Assembly: GCA_030141605.1 (NCBI GenBank)
Contig: JAQGDQ010000171.1
Coordinates: forward strand, 384,626-448,625
Length of the DNA: 64,000 nucleotides
From: Tubiluchus corallicola
Lineage: Eukaryota; Animalia; Priapulida
Direction: 5' to 3'
Shown here: positions 1-38,452 of the stretch, in pieces
How positions within the stretch are numbered: the first letter of the stretch is position 1
Layout of the letters: the number at the start of each line of letters is the position of its first letter
Notes under the pieces: generated by a model
Database searches by the model: none
What the model saw: only the letters and a program-made list of their open reading frames with translations
What the model was told of the DNA's origin: nothing
Made by a program: the position numbers and the translations under genes

Positions 1-3000
1 GATTTGGAAAACGATCAGTCGTGGAAATTTGATGAAGGTAATTCAAGTACTTTAATTAACAACATTTAAAAAAATATCTATATTCAATTCTATTAATTAA
101 TCTTAGGTAATATTAAGTAAAGCTGACATCTGTTAAAACTGCAGCACACGACTCTTGTTAATTTGTTATACGGTTTACAAACAGTGCCATACAAGCAGAA
201 ATCCAGCACTCGGTAGCCGAGTTGATTTAACGTAGATGGCTCAAGGTGCAGCGGGACAAAAAATTTGTGTATTGTAGAATTCCTCAAGTGAGAGGTTTGA
301 CTGAAAAAATGAGATTTCTGAGCAGTTGTTCTGCGTCCAATACTGCCCCGGAAAAAACATGAGAAGCAGCAGCTAAATAAGTTTAATGGCAAACTTTTAG
401 CATTAAGGGACCACTGATCAGATCGAATTCTACAGAGCATCTTCCATTAAAGTAATCATAATTTGCTTGCTTGCATAGTAAAATCATCCACATGTCAGCA
501 ATTAAACTTTTCTGGTCATTCACGTATAGTAATCTCTATTTCATGAGGATCATTTTGATGCCAAGCTCATCGCTCTATTTCTAAACTGAGATAATCCACA
601 TTGAAGTTGAGGTGCAGACTGAGCACTAAAAACATAAGCTTAAGAAAATCACTGTTAAAGTTAGCCATTGTTTTTTGTCTCATTTCTACAAAACACTTAG
701 CAACCGCACAAATGTTGGTTGCTACGAAATTTGCAAGAGCACATTGAAGTTATGTTTAAATCCAGTAGATCGTTCTTCCTGACGAAAATCTGGGCTTCCT
801 GAGAAAAACCCCAAAACAAAATGACAACTACCACAAGCTACTATCGGAGTTTGAAAATACAAGTTTTTTGCAACTGTAGTACTAGTTTCTAGCGGATGGA
901 TACAAGGTTATAAAATTAGATTTTTTGGTATTTCTTGAACATTTTCTTGATAATTTGATGTTAGAATATATTTAGCATTTGTTTTTATAAAAAAACAAAA
1001 ATTGACATTTTACCAAATTTTTGGTTCATTCTGCATTGAAGCATAATAACATAGTTTTAACTATGCCAACTTATGGATGGTTTTGCTTTACAAGAACACG
1101 TTTAGGTATAATGTAGCAATAGACCTTTGATAAACAAGGATTTCCAGGGGTAACCCCAAATCAAATCCAACAAGATTTTTAAGTAACAAGATGAGTCTCT
1201 GATGTGTATTAGCCTTTTTTCGATGCGAATATATCTGTACGTCCTCCCTCAGATTAGCAGTAGGTGGAAGCATTTGGCATAACTGTCAGTCCATTTGCTA
1301 GCTGCACTCAGTAATGCCTAACTTTGCAGCTAAGTAAGGAATCACCTAGCAACTAGCTTGATATTTTTAGTAAAGCACAATATGGCACCTGCCAAATCAC
1401 AGATGCTGTAAAACACTTTGATATGTTATTAAGGTGCCGCACATGTATGCCACCCATTGACAAGAACAGTGAAGTGCAGTTTTCAAACTCCATCTTGTTA
1501 AATTTCTGTTTTTTGTGTGCGTTCTGGCATAAATAACTCGAGAGGCCATCTATTGCACAAAACATAAATCAGTATAAGGACATGCAAACTTTGATATTTT
1601 CTTATAACTTCACTTAGAGCCTGAATCTATACCACTTGATTCCTGGTCTGAAGGTGTGGTACCTGTAAAGCATGTATCAGTGCCTGAAAAAACCCTGAGC
1701 TCTACAGTTTTTAGCAGGTGAGTTTAGTTAAACCTTTTGTATTAAATTACGTGCTCATTTGGAGCATATTTGTGTTGAGCATATGTATAAAACCAAGCTT
1801 TCTAATCAGTTTTTCCATGAAATATTTTTATTCATCTGCTTCAAGTGTATTATGTACTGCACAACTTAAGCTATTAATGACAGCCACACATTATGAAAAG
1901 TATTTCGCTGCTTGTTTTCTGGCATGCACACTCGTTGTTCAAAGTGCATAGTGTCTTACTGTCACTTGCATTGCACTTGTTGCAAACACCATAGGCACTT
2001 TGTTTAGGTATGGAAATTTAAACCATGAAAACATTTTGGAAAATTTAATTTAAAAGTGTGGCTTTCTTAATTAATGCATATACTATCAGGCAATGTCAAT
2101 TGTCCTGACAAACGAAGTCTGGAAAAAATTAACCAATAGCGTGTTATGTTACCCATGAAATTGACATTTGCAGAATTTATATTCACAATGTATTTTTGCG
2201 GTAGGTAAAGCATGATTTCATGAAGCTGCTTTGATGTCATAATATGTTCTGCATTGTGTTTCCGAGAAGTAGGGATACATGTCTGCCTACGTAAATGTTC
2301 TTGACCGAAAGGTTACAATATAGAAAAGACTCTTTAGTGTATGTCTTTAACTCATTCAGGGCAGTAAAAGTTTGCTGTATTTAACATAGGTTCATGAAAA
2401 ACTGCTCTCACTAAGCAACGATTACATTATATTGGATATTTTTTGTAGATTTCTACTCCCCACACAATATGCTTTCGTGCAAAAATATATATGAAAGGCA
2501 TTTGCTCACCTTAGACAAATTAAAAATTGGTTTTTGACAAAAAAATGACATAAATATTTCATAACTGCAGTGTTTGCACCATAACAATGTACAGTACCAC
2601 TTGTGTAAAATCGGTTAATGCAGAAAATTTCAACTACCCAGACACAACACTCTGATAAACTTTGGCCTCAAGTCTCCTCTATTTTTAAAGAAAAATTGTT
2701 GCTAAAAGATGAGACGACCTAATTTGTCATTGGCTAATTAGTTGGTTTTTCCTAGAATAGCAGCTGACTTGGGCTGTAGTGACCAGGTAGTTAATAAAAT
2801 AGTATGTGTGATCATGTAAATATACAGCACACTAAGCTACTCGATAGGCTAAGTTGTTTTTCTCAATTTTATCCAATTAAACTGCTTATAAATGCTTAAA
2901 CAAATAGCAAAATTAGATAGCCGAGATTCTCCTGATCAGAACAGTAACTAATTAGTGATCATTTAGTTACATCTATTGTCTACACTCATACGGTAACAGT

Positions 3001-6000
3001 AACATCATAGGTTTTATAAGACCTATTTTGAATCGTGCAGTCCTCAAGGAGTTAAAGACAATATAGCACTATAAGCGGCTTGTTATCTGAACGTAAATCT
3101 TTTAAACAAATAAACTACACACAACAACTGACACTTTCAAAGACTTATTACAATAGCACATTCGTTACAAAATAAGAGAAACATCGTGATCAGTCCTCAA
3201 GGTATCACGTTTTAAAATATCGAAGACTACATGATGTTAAAGTGTGAAAAAGAATATTCAAAGTAAATAAAGTCAAGGTTTATCTAACAACCAAGTTTCT
3301 AAACAAAAGAACCACACGCGGATTATAACATATCAGTTATATAACCATAAGACAAAATTGACACTAAACAATTTAATAGAGAGTTTCCGCTACATTTAAA
3401 CAACGAAAAATTCTGACTCTGAAAGGACAGCGCAATAATCAGAGTCAGAATCATGCCCAGTATGTTTTGTTACAATCCCAAGTTCTATTGACGAATATTT
3501 AAACAATTTAAAAGATTCAAATTCTCTAGACATTATGCAATGAGACAAAGCATACAATTACGAAATAAAGTACACCTGTTGGTGCTACCTAGCTCGAACT
3601 TGTGTCGAAACTTGTGCAGAAAACCAAAGTTATAATCATTTAGTACAGTAGCCAAAAAGTCATAGGTCTCATAACACCTATGTTGAGTACACTTGTTTCA
3701 GTAGTGTGTGCATTAGATCATTCTGAATTTCAGTCTAAAAACTGTTTTTCTTTAAGTGTTGAGATTAATGAACAAGAGGCGGCTTTTGAGTTTGGTGACA
3801 GAGATAGAGGAGACAGTATTTCCAGCAAGGAAAGCTGTTTTAAGAAGAAAAGAAAGGGAAGTGGACAACAAAGATCTAGCAAGCCAAAATCTTCAGAAAG
3901 AAAAGTTTGTCCTTTACCAGTAGAATTACAACAGGTAGATTGAATATTGAGCATTTGAATTTTGCTAACACCAAGTAGCAGCTCGTGTATGGGCACTGCA
4001 GAACTGCAGCACCCCCTATTTTCACTAGATATTATCGATAACATTCAATATAATGAGACTTTTTTCTTTAATTCTCTCTTTATACTTGTACATTATATAA
4101 TCCTTAAGCTTATGTTTGTGTGTTTGGCTGTTGTGCATATGCGGCCATGCGCACATGTCCAAGATAAGAAGCTGCACGCTAGGTAAAGAAAGCACTGTCG
4201 CTCACTCAGTGCCGACCCTGTTGTGCAAGTGTAAGGTACTGTTCCTTTGTGACTAAATTTTTTGTAATTTGACTTTGTAATTTTTCTTTTTACATGTTTG
4301 TTTCATTTTATGCAATTATTAAAAAATAGCTAAATTTTTCTGAAGCAGCACCACCACTAATTTTAACTACAGGTAACTGTAGTAACACCTGTAATAAAAT
4401 AATAATAAAAATGATTTTTAAGTAGCCACCTTGCTCTGTTTTTGAAAAACTAGAAGGATGTTTATTGTTTAAAAATTGAACTGGCAATTGTAGTGAAACA
4501 TAATAATCAATTACTCCAACAGCTGGTGTTGTTGTTGTTATTGCCTATCCATTCCATCCCTTAAAAAGCCGTACTCAGGAGCTGGCTAGTTATTGGAAGT
4601 GACATATTTCATCTTTGGCCAGTTTTTTATTTAACTATTAATAATACTTACCCGTGTCATCATGGATGTTAAAGGTCACCAAAAGGTTGCTGTGTAAACT
4701 GTGTAGTGTGAAGTTAAATTGTAGTGCATTTTTCTGTTGGCTAGTTAACGTTATTGGACACGTTTAAAAAAGCCACTGATAATCTAATTTGTTTTGGTTT
4801 GACTAGGAGAAAGGTGGCTGGCCTTCTTTATAATCATTTCTATTTGTTTGTGCTTTTTTGTCATTTAAGATTTTTTGCTTAAAAGTAAAACCGGAAAAAT
4901 TGTGTTAAAATGTCTATAAAGACCTGCATTGTATATAAAGCTTCACGGATTTCTCATTAATCTCTATGAACTTCCAGATCAAATATTACAACCATATTAG
5001 TGAAAATTTGAATATACGTACTTTCTGTAATGAAATTTCGTAACAAAGTTGACTTTGTAACGAAATTTCATGCAGCAATATCATACGTTGTGTGTGTTTC
5101 TCAAATCAAAAATACATTTTTTAGCAAATGGAGGCAGACAGCTCGCCAATGATATCTGAGTACTCACAGTTTCCAGTCTCAGATCAATATACTGAAAATA
5201 ACAATGGCAGTTCATCAGATGCAGTAAGCAAACTATCTTCGATCCAAATCTTGCCAATAGAAGATCAAACTGAGGACTTTTTTCTTGGAGAAGACAGGAT
5301 CGATGTGGAACAAGAACAGCTGCCTGAAATAGATTTGCCAATTGATTCCGAACAGCAGTCATACTCGTTTACGGAACTGGAAGGGTCTACGTCATTCACG
5401 TCCAAAGAGAGTGGTCTACTTGAACAAGTTCTATATAAACATGAGGTAAAGCAGTTTGATGTGGTAGCAACATTGCTCAGAATTAGAGTTTGAATTAAAC
5501 TTGTGTGCCAGTTGGTTTTTCTCCCATCTTTGTATGGATTTATCATTTTTGTAGCATTGTTTGATTCTGTGATGAACACCGTCTTCGACAACAATTATGC
5601 AATAAGCAGTTTAAACAAATGTGCACGCTATTCTTATCCCAAATGACTCAGGCTGAACTAAAAAGCTTCTAAAGAATACGTCAATACCAGGGGTGAATCC
5701 AGGATTTTTAGAAAGGGAGGTGGCAGAATTTCAAAGAATGAAATATTTGGTATACTATTTCATACTACCTCATAGTGGCCGCTCTAGCACTGAAGGCGGG
5801 AAGCAGAGAGCATGGTCTGGAGTAGGGTTCTCCCCCAGGAAAATTTTGGATCGGTTTGGGAAGTAAATGTGAAAAAGTCACAACTGTTGGTTTTATAAAT
5901 CATTATACGATAAATCATTTCTGCCAAGCATACACATACAATGTTCAGTGCTTCACTGAGTTTATAGAAAGTTAAAGGTGAAAACATTGATAGCTGGTTT

Positions 6001-7397
6001 AACAGTCAGAAATGTGCATGCAGTTTCATTTGAAGTAAACAAACAGCACTCTTCTGTGTTTCACCAGTACAAACTAATAATGAGTGTAGTGGCTGTTCTC
6101 ATAGTCAAAACTTTATGCTTGTATTGTTACCTTTAGTTGTGTATTATATGCTATTTGTTTATTTAATTTTTTTAGTTATAGTAGTGTTTAATTCTGTTTA
6201 TGCGATTTATTCTGCATGTGTGCAAATAAAATGTTCTCTCTCTTATCTCTCCCAGTTCTCCCCTTTCCTGAACCAGGAATCACACTGTATTGATTTCAGA
6301 CACCCGAGTTTGCTCATGATTCAATAGAGCCACCAATGTGCTCTGCAGAGGGTGGTTTTTACAGACCGTGCAAATTAATTGACATACCTCCATCAGGTTC
6401 AAGGCGGCACTCTACCGAAAGGTAAAAGTGTGAGTTGGAAAACTGTTTATTTTGAATTTTCTTTGTTATTGTCATCATCCACAGATGTTGTTGCAATGGT
6501 CTTAAAACATGGTCTGTATTTCTTGTGACCATTCTTCCCATTGAGGATATATTTTTTGGTACTGCAGTTTGGACGTAAATTTTGAAGAACTTGCTTTCCT
6601 GATAATTTTTTGCAAGGCTAACTGCTTAATGAAACTAGTTGTTCTTTTGTGTGGATGCTTCCCTGCCAAAAAAGAAATGTGCTAGTTTACAATAGTGGAC
6701 ATTAATTGCAAGACGATAGGATGAGCTTTTAGTTTCATTCACAAACTATGCTATAATCTCCTCATCTCTGTTAACAGTTCACCATTCATTAGCACACTTT
6801 AAAAATTGCACACTTTTAAACAAGTGCACTGATAGTTTTTGTGTTTATATGCATTTAGCTAATATACTTCTGTTACAATACAATACTTAACTACAGTCAA
6901 CTTAATACAGATCTGGTTAACATGGACATCATGCTAAGTTATATCAAATCTCAAACTCTGATGGCCTTTTTCATATGTTAACATCTCAGTCAGAAATATA
7001 TTATACTTAAGTTGTGCCTTTTAAAATTAAACACATTGTAGCGTATCACACAGCTAGAAGTTACAGAGCTATTTTTTAGTTAATTAGTCCAATAACCAGG
7101 AACGAAACCACAAGTGAAAGGACAGTATTTGTCAAGGTAATTGGATTTTTAAAATTAATTCTGTTTGGTTTGCTATAACAAAATGTGGCCTTGATATATG
7201 TGTCATAATAATTGAAGCATATTTGTACTTATAGTTACAGAGGACGGCGAAGCTTCCAAGCGGAGTTTGACGAAGTTTGCTCTGAAGACCTGCAGGGAAC
7301 CGAAGACACAATAAGAACTGCGTCACTCCCTTCCACACTCGTGCCACGTGAAGGCATATCACCTCATTTAACTAAGTCCTATCCTTTCATATCTTGA
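1..7397 (+). CDS. 3' part of an unidentified multi-exon gene; acidic/Ser-rich, probably disordered C-terminal region
   Basis: Phase-consistent GT-AG exon chain: <1-37 (DLENDQSWKFDE, G|gtaatt), 3702-3934 (contains KKKRK, CAG|gtagat), 5125-5445 (GAG|gtaaag), 6300-6421 (AG|gtaaaa), then 7235 or 7241 to TGA at 7397. No recognisable domain. The gene begins left of the window and extra exons cannot be excluded. Confidence 0.55.
5688..5850. mobile_element. Terminal fragment of a hAT-like MITE
   Basis: CAGGGGTGAATCCAGGATTTTT..GGGAGG followed by CTCCCCCAGGAAAATTTTG resembles ends of common animal non-autonomous DNA transposons. The second end was not found. Confidence 0.3.
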
Positions 7398-7425
7398 ATA
7401 GGAATAATGACTTTGCATCTATACC

Positions 7426-9012
7426 CAGCGGCGTAGCTAATAGGGGAGCAAGGGGGCACATTTTTCAAAATTAGCGCCTTTACAACAATTTTTTTAGCTC
7501 TGTAGTTCACTTGTGTGCTAAAAGTCGAATATTTTTTGTTTTTTCCAATCACATGGCATTGGAAGAATTTTTTAGAGACATTAGTTTACTTGAACCGCTT
7601 CCCTCCCATATTTTTGAAATGAGCTTTAAGGACAAGAAAAGGGTTACCTGAAGTTGGTCTCGGAAAAATCGCCTTAAAAAATTATATTATAAAAACTTTA
7701 TAGTATAAATTAAAAACTAAAAGTATTATTATATAAAACTTTATAGCAATTTTATGCATGTATCGTTTTCGCACTGAAAGAAATTTTTGTTTGTTTTCAT
7801 TTTAAATCTCCCGTAGTACTGTTTCGAAGTCACCATTACATGATGTCACTACGCAAATGTAAATCAGGGGAAGAAAAGGAAATGTTAAATATGGTAAATT
7901 ATGTCCCAAAAAACTTTACATGCAAATATCTATTACTTATCTTTTTGCTTACCTGCTGAAAAGACTTATGTAACTAGAAAAGAAAATTTTTTAATTATTT
8001 AAAATGTTTTTGCCGATAGGTAAAATGTGGCTGACTCACCTCTAGGTGCACCACTCACTAACCAAAAATGTATTTTTAATCTAATTGACAAGATACAGTA
8101 ATTTAAAATTTTACTCAGTTAGTGCTGTATACGCAACGAATGCTCTGATTATTTTTTCAAAGTTTACACAATGTTATCTAAACTTGTTTCAAATAACCTG
8201 TTGTTAAGATGGCTGCGTCTAATGGTCATCGCGGGAGTTTAAATTTACATGTTTTACACAGCGTGACTGCCGATTGAACTCCTGTATGTAAAAAGGCAGT
8301 ATGAAAGTGATATAAAATTTCAAGACAAATTTTTCAAGCTTTATGTTCATGAAGGGCTTGTACCTAAATTCGTGATTGCCAGTGATGTGTTTCCATTTAT
8401 CCTAACCTGCCCGCATTGTATCACATTTTTCTGATCTTACTAATAATTAGCACAGTTGTTGAATGATCCTTTAGTCGACTGAAACAGATAAAGTCCTGCC
8501 TTCATTCTTCAATGGGCGAGGATAGATTGTCTGGGTTAGCTTTCCCCTCTATTGAAAGAGAGTTTGCTAATGAGGTTGAATTATAAATTACTTTGCTACA
8601 ATGAAGCCTAGATGACAGTGACTGTTGTAGTTCTTTCATGATACATTTTGCACAGCACTTCATTTTGTTTTCATTTTACGGTTCTAAATAATAACACACC
8701 TTTTTATTGTGTTGCGAGATTTAAGAGCTTATTGCAAAACTTTTTATTGTGTTGCGAGATTTAAGAGCTTACTGCAAAACTTTTTATTGTGTTGCGACAT
8801 TTAAGAGCTTACTGCAGAACTTTTTATTGTGTTTTAATTTTAAATACAAAATAGCAACTATATACTTCCTTTAAAATTGTACCTTCGTCATATTTTGCTT
8901 TTAGACACAAAATTAAATTGTATAATCAATACATTAAAAATTGTTTGGTATGTGTCATGGCGCCTTTCTGTGTGCTTGCTCCCCCTAACTTTAAAACCTG
9001 GCTGCGCCCTTG
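7426..9012. mobile_element. Non-autonomous hAT-like element, family B, long copy
   Basis: Termini CAGCGGCGTAGC...GCTGCGCCCTTG. Both ends are shared with the copy at 24062-24601. Flanks tctatacc/tctgcatc may be a decayed 8-bp TSD. Confidence 0.65.
8701..8833. repeat. 40-bp minisatellite, about 3.3 copies, inside the family B element
   Basis: Unit TTTTTATTGTGTTGCGAGATTTAAGAGCTTACTGCAAAAC repeated with few mismatches. Confidence 0.95.
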
Positions 9013-9445
9013 TCTGCATCAATTAGTGTGCCAAAGAGCACGTAGCAAGAAATGATTGCATCTAACACAAATGGGAAAAAATACAAAAATACTCAGTTGA
9101 TATGGTTTGTTCCATGTATTTTATATGTTCTTATTTAGTTAGTTAGTTAAAGATTTAATTCATTTACGTTTTCACATTTCAGGCATGATAACTATCATTT
9201 CTGTTACAACATTTTACATTAAACAACTCTATGCCTAATGACTTTGTGATAACATAAAAAATTTACTGTTTTGCGTATTTGCAAATCTATGTAATAAAAA
9301 TTAATGGAGATGAATTACACTGTGTTAAATGTACAGTAAAAATTTATAGAGATACCTGAGACCATAACACTGATTACCTGAGCTGCAAACGCCAAATGAC
9401 AAAATTGCTTGAACAATGCATTCTTTTTAGCTTGGCACTTTTTAA

Positions 9446-9798
9446 TAAGCCTTTTTACAGTTGCTGTAGGTCAAAGGTTAAGTGTACTACAGCAACATTA
9501 ACTACAACCGTCACGTGACATACATAAAGCAAATCCGCCTGCGGATCAGCTCAGCATCTTCAGCTGTATTACGTGGACTTTACTTAATTATACATTAGTC
9601 TGTGGGTAGAGTAAGTTACTAGCAGGATCTTGCTTGGGAACAAGAAAAAATAAACTAGGCAAGGTTCTAGCTAGCTGGTAAAACTGTTATTCTTACAGTA
9701 GCATGGGCTGCGAGGCGTTGTCAAGTGTACACAAATCCGTTGTCTGGTACATTTAACCTTTGACTTTTTCACGATCATCATCAATCGCTGGAACTTAT
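9446..9798. mobile_element. MITE family A, copy 1 (just 3' of the peroxidase stop codon)
   Basis: Begins TAAGCCTTTTTACAGTTGC and has subterminal inverted repeats GTCAAAGGTTAAGTGTAC / GTACATTTAACCTTTGAC. Homologous to 33132-33390 and 45524-45890. The right TIR is eroded. Confidence 0.75.
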
Positions 9799-9871
9799 TG
9801 CATTACTTACTGACAGCCCTTTCTCCCTGAACTTGTAATCACCAGCTGTTTCATCTGTATGAATTATATGC

Positions 9872-33515
<23,644 letters not shown>

Positions 33516-35984
33516 TCTTCTGGCTGCAACACGTGCTTTCACAAACGTGTACTCGTGGATACAATGTTATTAAAATTTACACTTAAAATTTTAAACAATG
33601 ACAGGCATTTATTGTCTTAAATATTTCTTAAAATACTCAGATCAAATTTCACCCGAAAAACAATCAATTACAGATAAAATAGTCGAAACAAAAACAATCA
33701 AAATAAACTTGAATCAAGTTTCGTGTTTTTCACTTGAATGGTCTATGCAAGCATTGTCAATTTTACAGCCCTGTTTTTTGGATAATGTTGAGTTGCAATT
33801 ACTTTAACCGGTTTGCTTGTCCCTGGTTTTGATCATATCCTGTTTACGGAAAGTGGCTGTTCGTAGAATTATGTCCACCTGAGCGTGTATAATCTCCATT
33901 GAGTCTATTTTATGAGTTACGTGCATGAGTCAAACACGGGGATTTCATTGCACAGTGCAAAACAGCACATGACTTTAATCAAATCGCAAAAAAGGTAAAA
34001 TAAACGCCCTGGAAATTTGATGACAATGAGATACTTTTGATTTTTCAAAAGAGGAAAAAGTTGAGTGGTAACAGTAATTAGTGTGAAACAGACTTTAACT
34101 TTTTTGTAGGCGTAAAAAGACAACAACTGGCATGACTACCTTTTCTTCGCATGCAACATTTTATTTCCGAATTGATTGTAAAAGTATAATTACGGTTGTG
34201 ATTATGACTAAAAACGAATAGAAAGTTAGACTGTTAATCTCAATTCTACTTAAATGTATATATTTTTATAGGTTTTATATCACTGTCACTAACAACATTA
34301 TTGTCATATTCATCATCATTCCCATTTTCATCATCTTCATCAGGTCATCATCAGCAATTTAACAATTTCATACTGAAACAAAATATTTATTATGCAAACA
34401 CAATTTTGAGGAAGAAAATTTCTATTGATTTGCAACATAGTTGAGTAAATAGCTTTCTGGCGAGCAAGAGAGTAAAAAGAGATCAAAAAAAGAACTCTAT
34501 TTCGTATTTTAGTCACGTGGGCGAATAACGTCATTTTTGCGTGACTACAAATTTACTACAGACTGATAAGAAGATTCCACGTCTAATCACTTTTGCACCA
34601 ACGAAGTCATTACGGATTGAATGAATGCACCTGTCCAACTCTGCAATTAGCTGAAGTTACCTATATATATATAATAATGCTATTAATCACGACGAGGAAA
34701 TATTAATCAAGCCATATCAGTCTCGAATATGATTGAAATCTGATGAAATATCCTTGTAAATCCTGCGTATGTGACAGTAAGAGTAATTGTTCTGTAAAGA
34801 AAATGTCCAGTTCGGCTTTTTGCTCAGGTTTCCTGTGCGCGAGAGGCCACTAAAATCTATTAAATTAACTTCCAATCACCATTACCACCATCACCACCAT
34901 CACCATCATCATCGTCATCATCATCATAATTATCATCATCATCATCATCACCATGAACCGAACTCATTTCCGAAGTAAGTAGATTAATATCTGCTTTGTA
35001 TAAGTAACTGTAAAAAGTACTTAAAGAAAGACTACATATTTACTTCTTCTGTAGTTTATCGTGCATGTATATAGGAAACGTGTCTTATCGCATCATTAGC
35101 CGTATAACTGTTTAATGAATAGGCCTCGTACAAAGTCCAAGACAGGAAATAACTCGTTGAGAATGACCTGATGACCGTGAAAGTTGAAGAAACAGGTCCC
35201 CACGCTTAGAGGCAAAACTTAATAAAGACGCTGCAGAAATTCTCAACTATGATTAACTATTGAATTGTAATATGTTGTGACGTCAACTAGCACTTATATA
35301 TTTTCATCTACAGATTATATGTTATGAACTGATAATGTAAATAAGTACAACATGATGTTTTAACTCATTTGTTTATTGCTTTCAATTACAAATATATACA
35401 AGTGACACGGCAATGGGCATCCAATACTAATATTACTTTTCGAGAACAAACCTTAGATAAAAACATTCAGTTTAATGATTTTTTAAACGAAAAATAAAAA
35501 CAAATTTTATTCTTGTTCTAGACAATCGTCATCTTCATCATCACCATCATCATCATCATCACCACCATCACCGCCATTATCATCATCTTTATCGCCATCA
35601 TCGTCATCATCAACACCGCCATAATATACATGTATTGAGAAAAAACCTAGCATCTAGCGAAGATATTTTTAAGCACCGCATGTCATTGTCATGGAGAGAG
35701 ACGGCGCGTGGTTCGAGTGATATTCAACAAAAGCATTCATTGATCATTATAAATTTTGCAAATCTTGCATTAATTGCCGCGCTTATCAGCAAAAAAGCGC
35801 AGCATAAAACTATGGGATTATTTTCCAGGGTTTGTTTTTTTGAAGAGCTCGAGCTCTTACTCTTTTAATTCCATAATAATTTTAGCAGTGGTTAAACATA
35901 AGACATAAACATAAACATGGGAGAGCGAAAAAGAATTAGGAATAAGAAGCCATATAACAAGGAGGACGAAAGAGAACCGAAAAA

Positions 35985-36331
<347 letters not shown>

Positions 36332-38409
36332 TTAGATATTTTTATTCATAAAAAGTTTACATCTATTGACAAGAAATTGAAGATTATGGAATGAGCTCAC
36401 AATTATTGAATTTTGACACCAAGGGAGGAAGGAAGGAAGTGTGAAAAAGCTTGGTAAGGACGTGGATTTGAACCAAAAATCCTGCCTATCCAAAATTTCA
36501 GCGTTAATAAGCACTCTTGAAATTAATATTATACATATATCATGGACTAGCAAAATGAAAATATTGGAAACGGCGAAACGACAAAATAAATACAATGTGA
36601 CGTATTTATTATGTAATAAATTAAATTCTCGGAACTATTGCAAGCAACACTGTGGCTTCTATCTACTTGTCTCTGCGCATACGTGAAGCGGACAAAACCG
36701 TCGTCAATTTCTGCTCTGCTAACACAGTCGGTGCTTTGCAGGTGATACTCGAACAGCAGCAAAGCAAGTCTTGCTTCAATGATGTGGTCGCAAAATCAAA
36801 GTAAGTCTGGTTTCACATGTGTCACTTCAATGAAATTTACAAAGTCAGATAATTCGTCTAATCTAATCAAACATTCGACATAATTCAATTTTGTTTAATT
36901 GTGGTATGGCGATAAATGTTTAATCGAAATTAATGGGTGTGGATTGTAAGACAAAAGTGCTATGAATTTTTCGTTGTTCGGCTATCGCTCAATTTTATTC
37001 TGATAAGAGACAATTTTTAAAAGAATTTTTAGGCCTTAGTTTTTAATAATTTGAGTACGTAGATGTGAACGCAACTTAATTGAAGAAATGTAATACATTA
37101 ATTTGCCACATACTTCACTATAAAGAAACAATGATATCAGGAGTTGTTAAAGTCTGATGTGTAGATAATTTGGTAAAGAACCATTGCAGCTGTTCAGCAT
37201 ACCATATCAGGAAGAATATTTTAGAAATGTTAACAGCTTATTACTTAATTTTTATGACTCGTGAAACACATGTAAGTTTTTCAAGTGCAGCTTCTTAGTG
37301 CTTGAGGAATTATGAAACTACAGATGCAGGACGTTTTATATACAAGTAATTTTTACAAGAATTTGGACAGTTCTAAAAGCTAAATTCACCCACTCTAATA
37401 TTATTCCACCATATACCAACAAGAAAGTTTAAAATACTTTAAGAAGTTTTACTTTGATAAACTGCAGTGCACTAGTTTAAACATTAAATCTATAGCAAGC
37501 TTTTTTATTTCTGGAACAACATTTGAAAGCAATTCATATGTTAATCTGTACTGAAGGTCTGCGTGATGGCTTGTCCATGCTATTTTAACCTACTGCACTC
37601 GATTTACATAAAAATGAGGGAAAACTGTATTAAATATTTACAAAATTATGTTATTATGGGAATATTTGCGATGTCCGTCTACACATCTTGACCTTATGAA
37701 TGACTTGTTTGAATTAAACGAACAGTTGCAACCCACAATTTCACTAAAAGACAAGCTTTATGGTTTAAACCACAGCTTTTACAGTTTTACTGGTACGAAA
37801 AAATTTGTTGATTCTTTTAGCCCAACACATAAAATCACTAACAAAGCTGTAATTGACAAATCTATATACAGGCAGATTGTAACATAACAATTGAAAACAT
37901 TTGAATACAGTAATTCGAGCTTTGTGTCAAAATCACACTTCTAGCTAGAGATTTTTTAATCAACTTTTTACTCCTGAAATGAATGGCTGAATGTATTTAG
38001 CAACTGAAGTTGAGCAGCGCTAGACCTGATTGGTAACTAGATAAGTACCACGAGGAAATGCTTCTGGAGGATCCGCTCAGCCATACGGCTGTTACGAGGT
38101 TATGCACACCTAAAGTGTTATGAAGGCATCTCTACCGTTCAGAATCGCATCTAAGAGAATGATCCTTGATATTAAGTCAAGTCCAGGTCTGCTGCAGCCA
38201 TCTGCGCATTCTGCGGTGGGTGAGTGAATGAATCCTGGCTTGCAGGGTATCTCATTGAGTTAGAGAAATACCTGGAAATCTTTCAAAATCGATGACCGCC
38301 TAGAAAGGTTATTTCAGGCTCATCGCGATGGAAAACTGTAGAGAAAATGAATTAATGAGACGTGTGTAGAGAAAGAGAGAATGAGAGGGGGGAGGGAGAG
38401 GGAGAGGGA

Positions 38410-38452
<43 letters not shown>

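Noticed and set aside
8701-8833. CRISPR-like array (also considered for 57020-57304)
   Set aside because: Head-to-tail units with no unique spacers, no cas genes and a eukaryotic context. These are minisatellites.
34674-34684. P3/RCSI-like homeodomain palindrome TAATGCTATTA in the peroxidase-opsin spacer
   Set aside because: Expected by chance in AT-rich DNA and far from the opsin exons.
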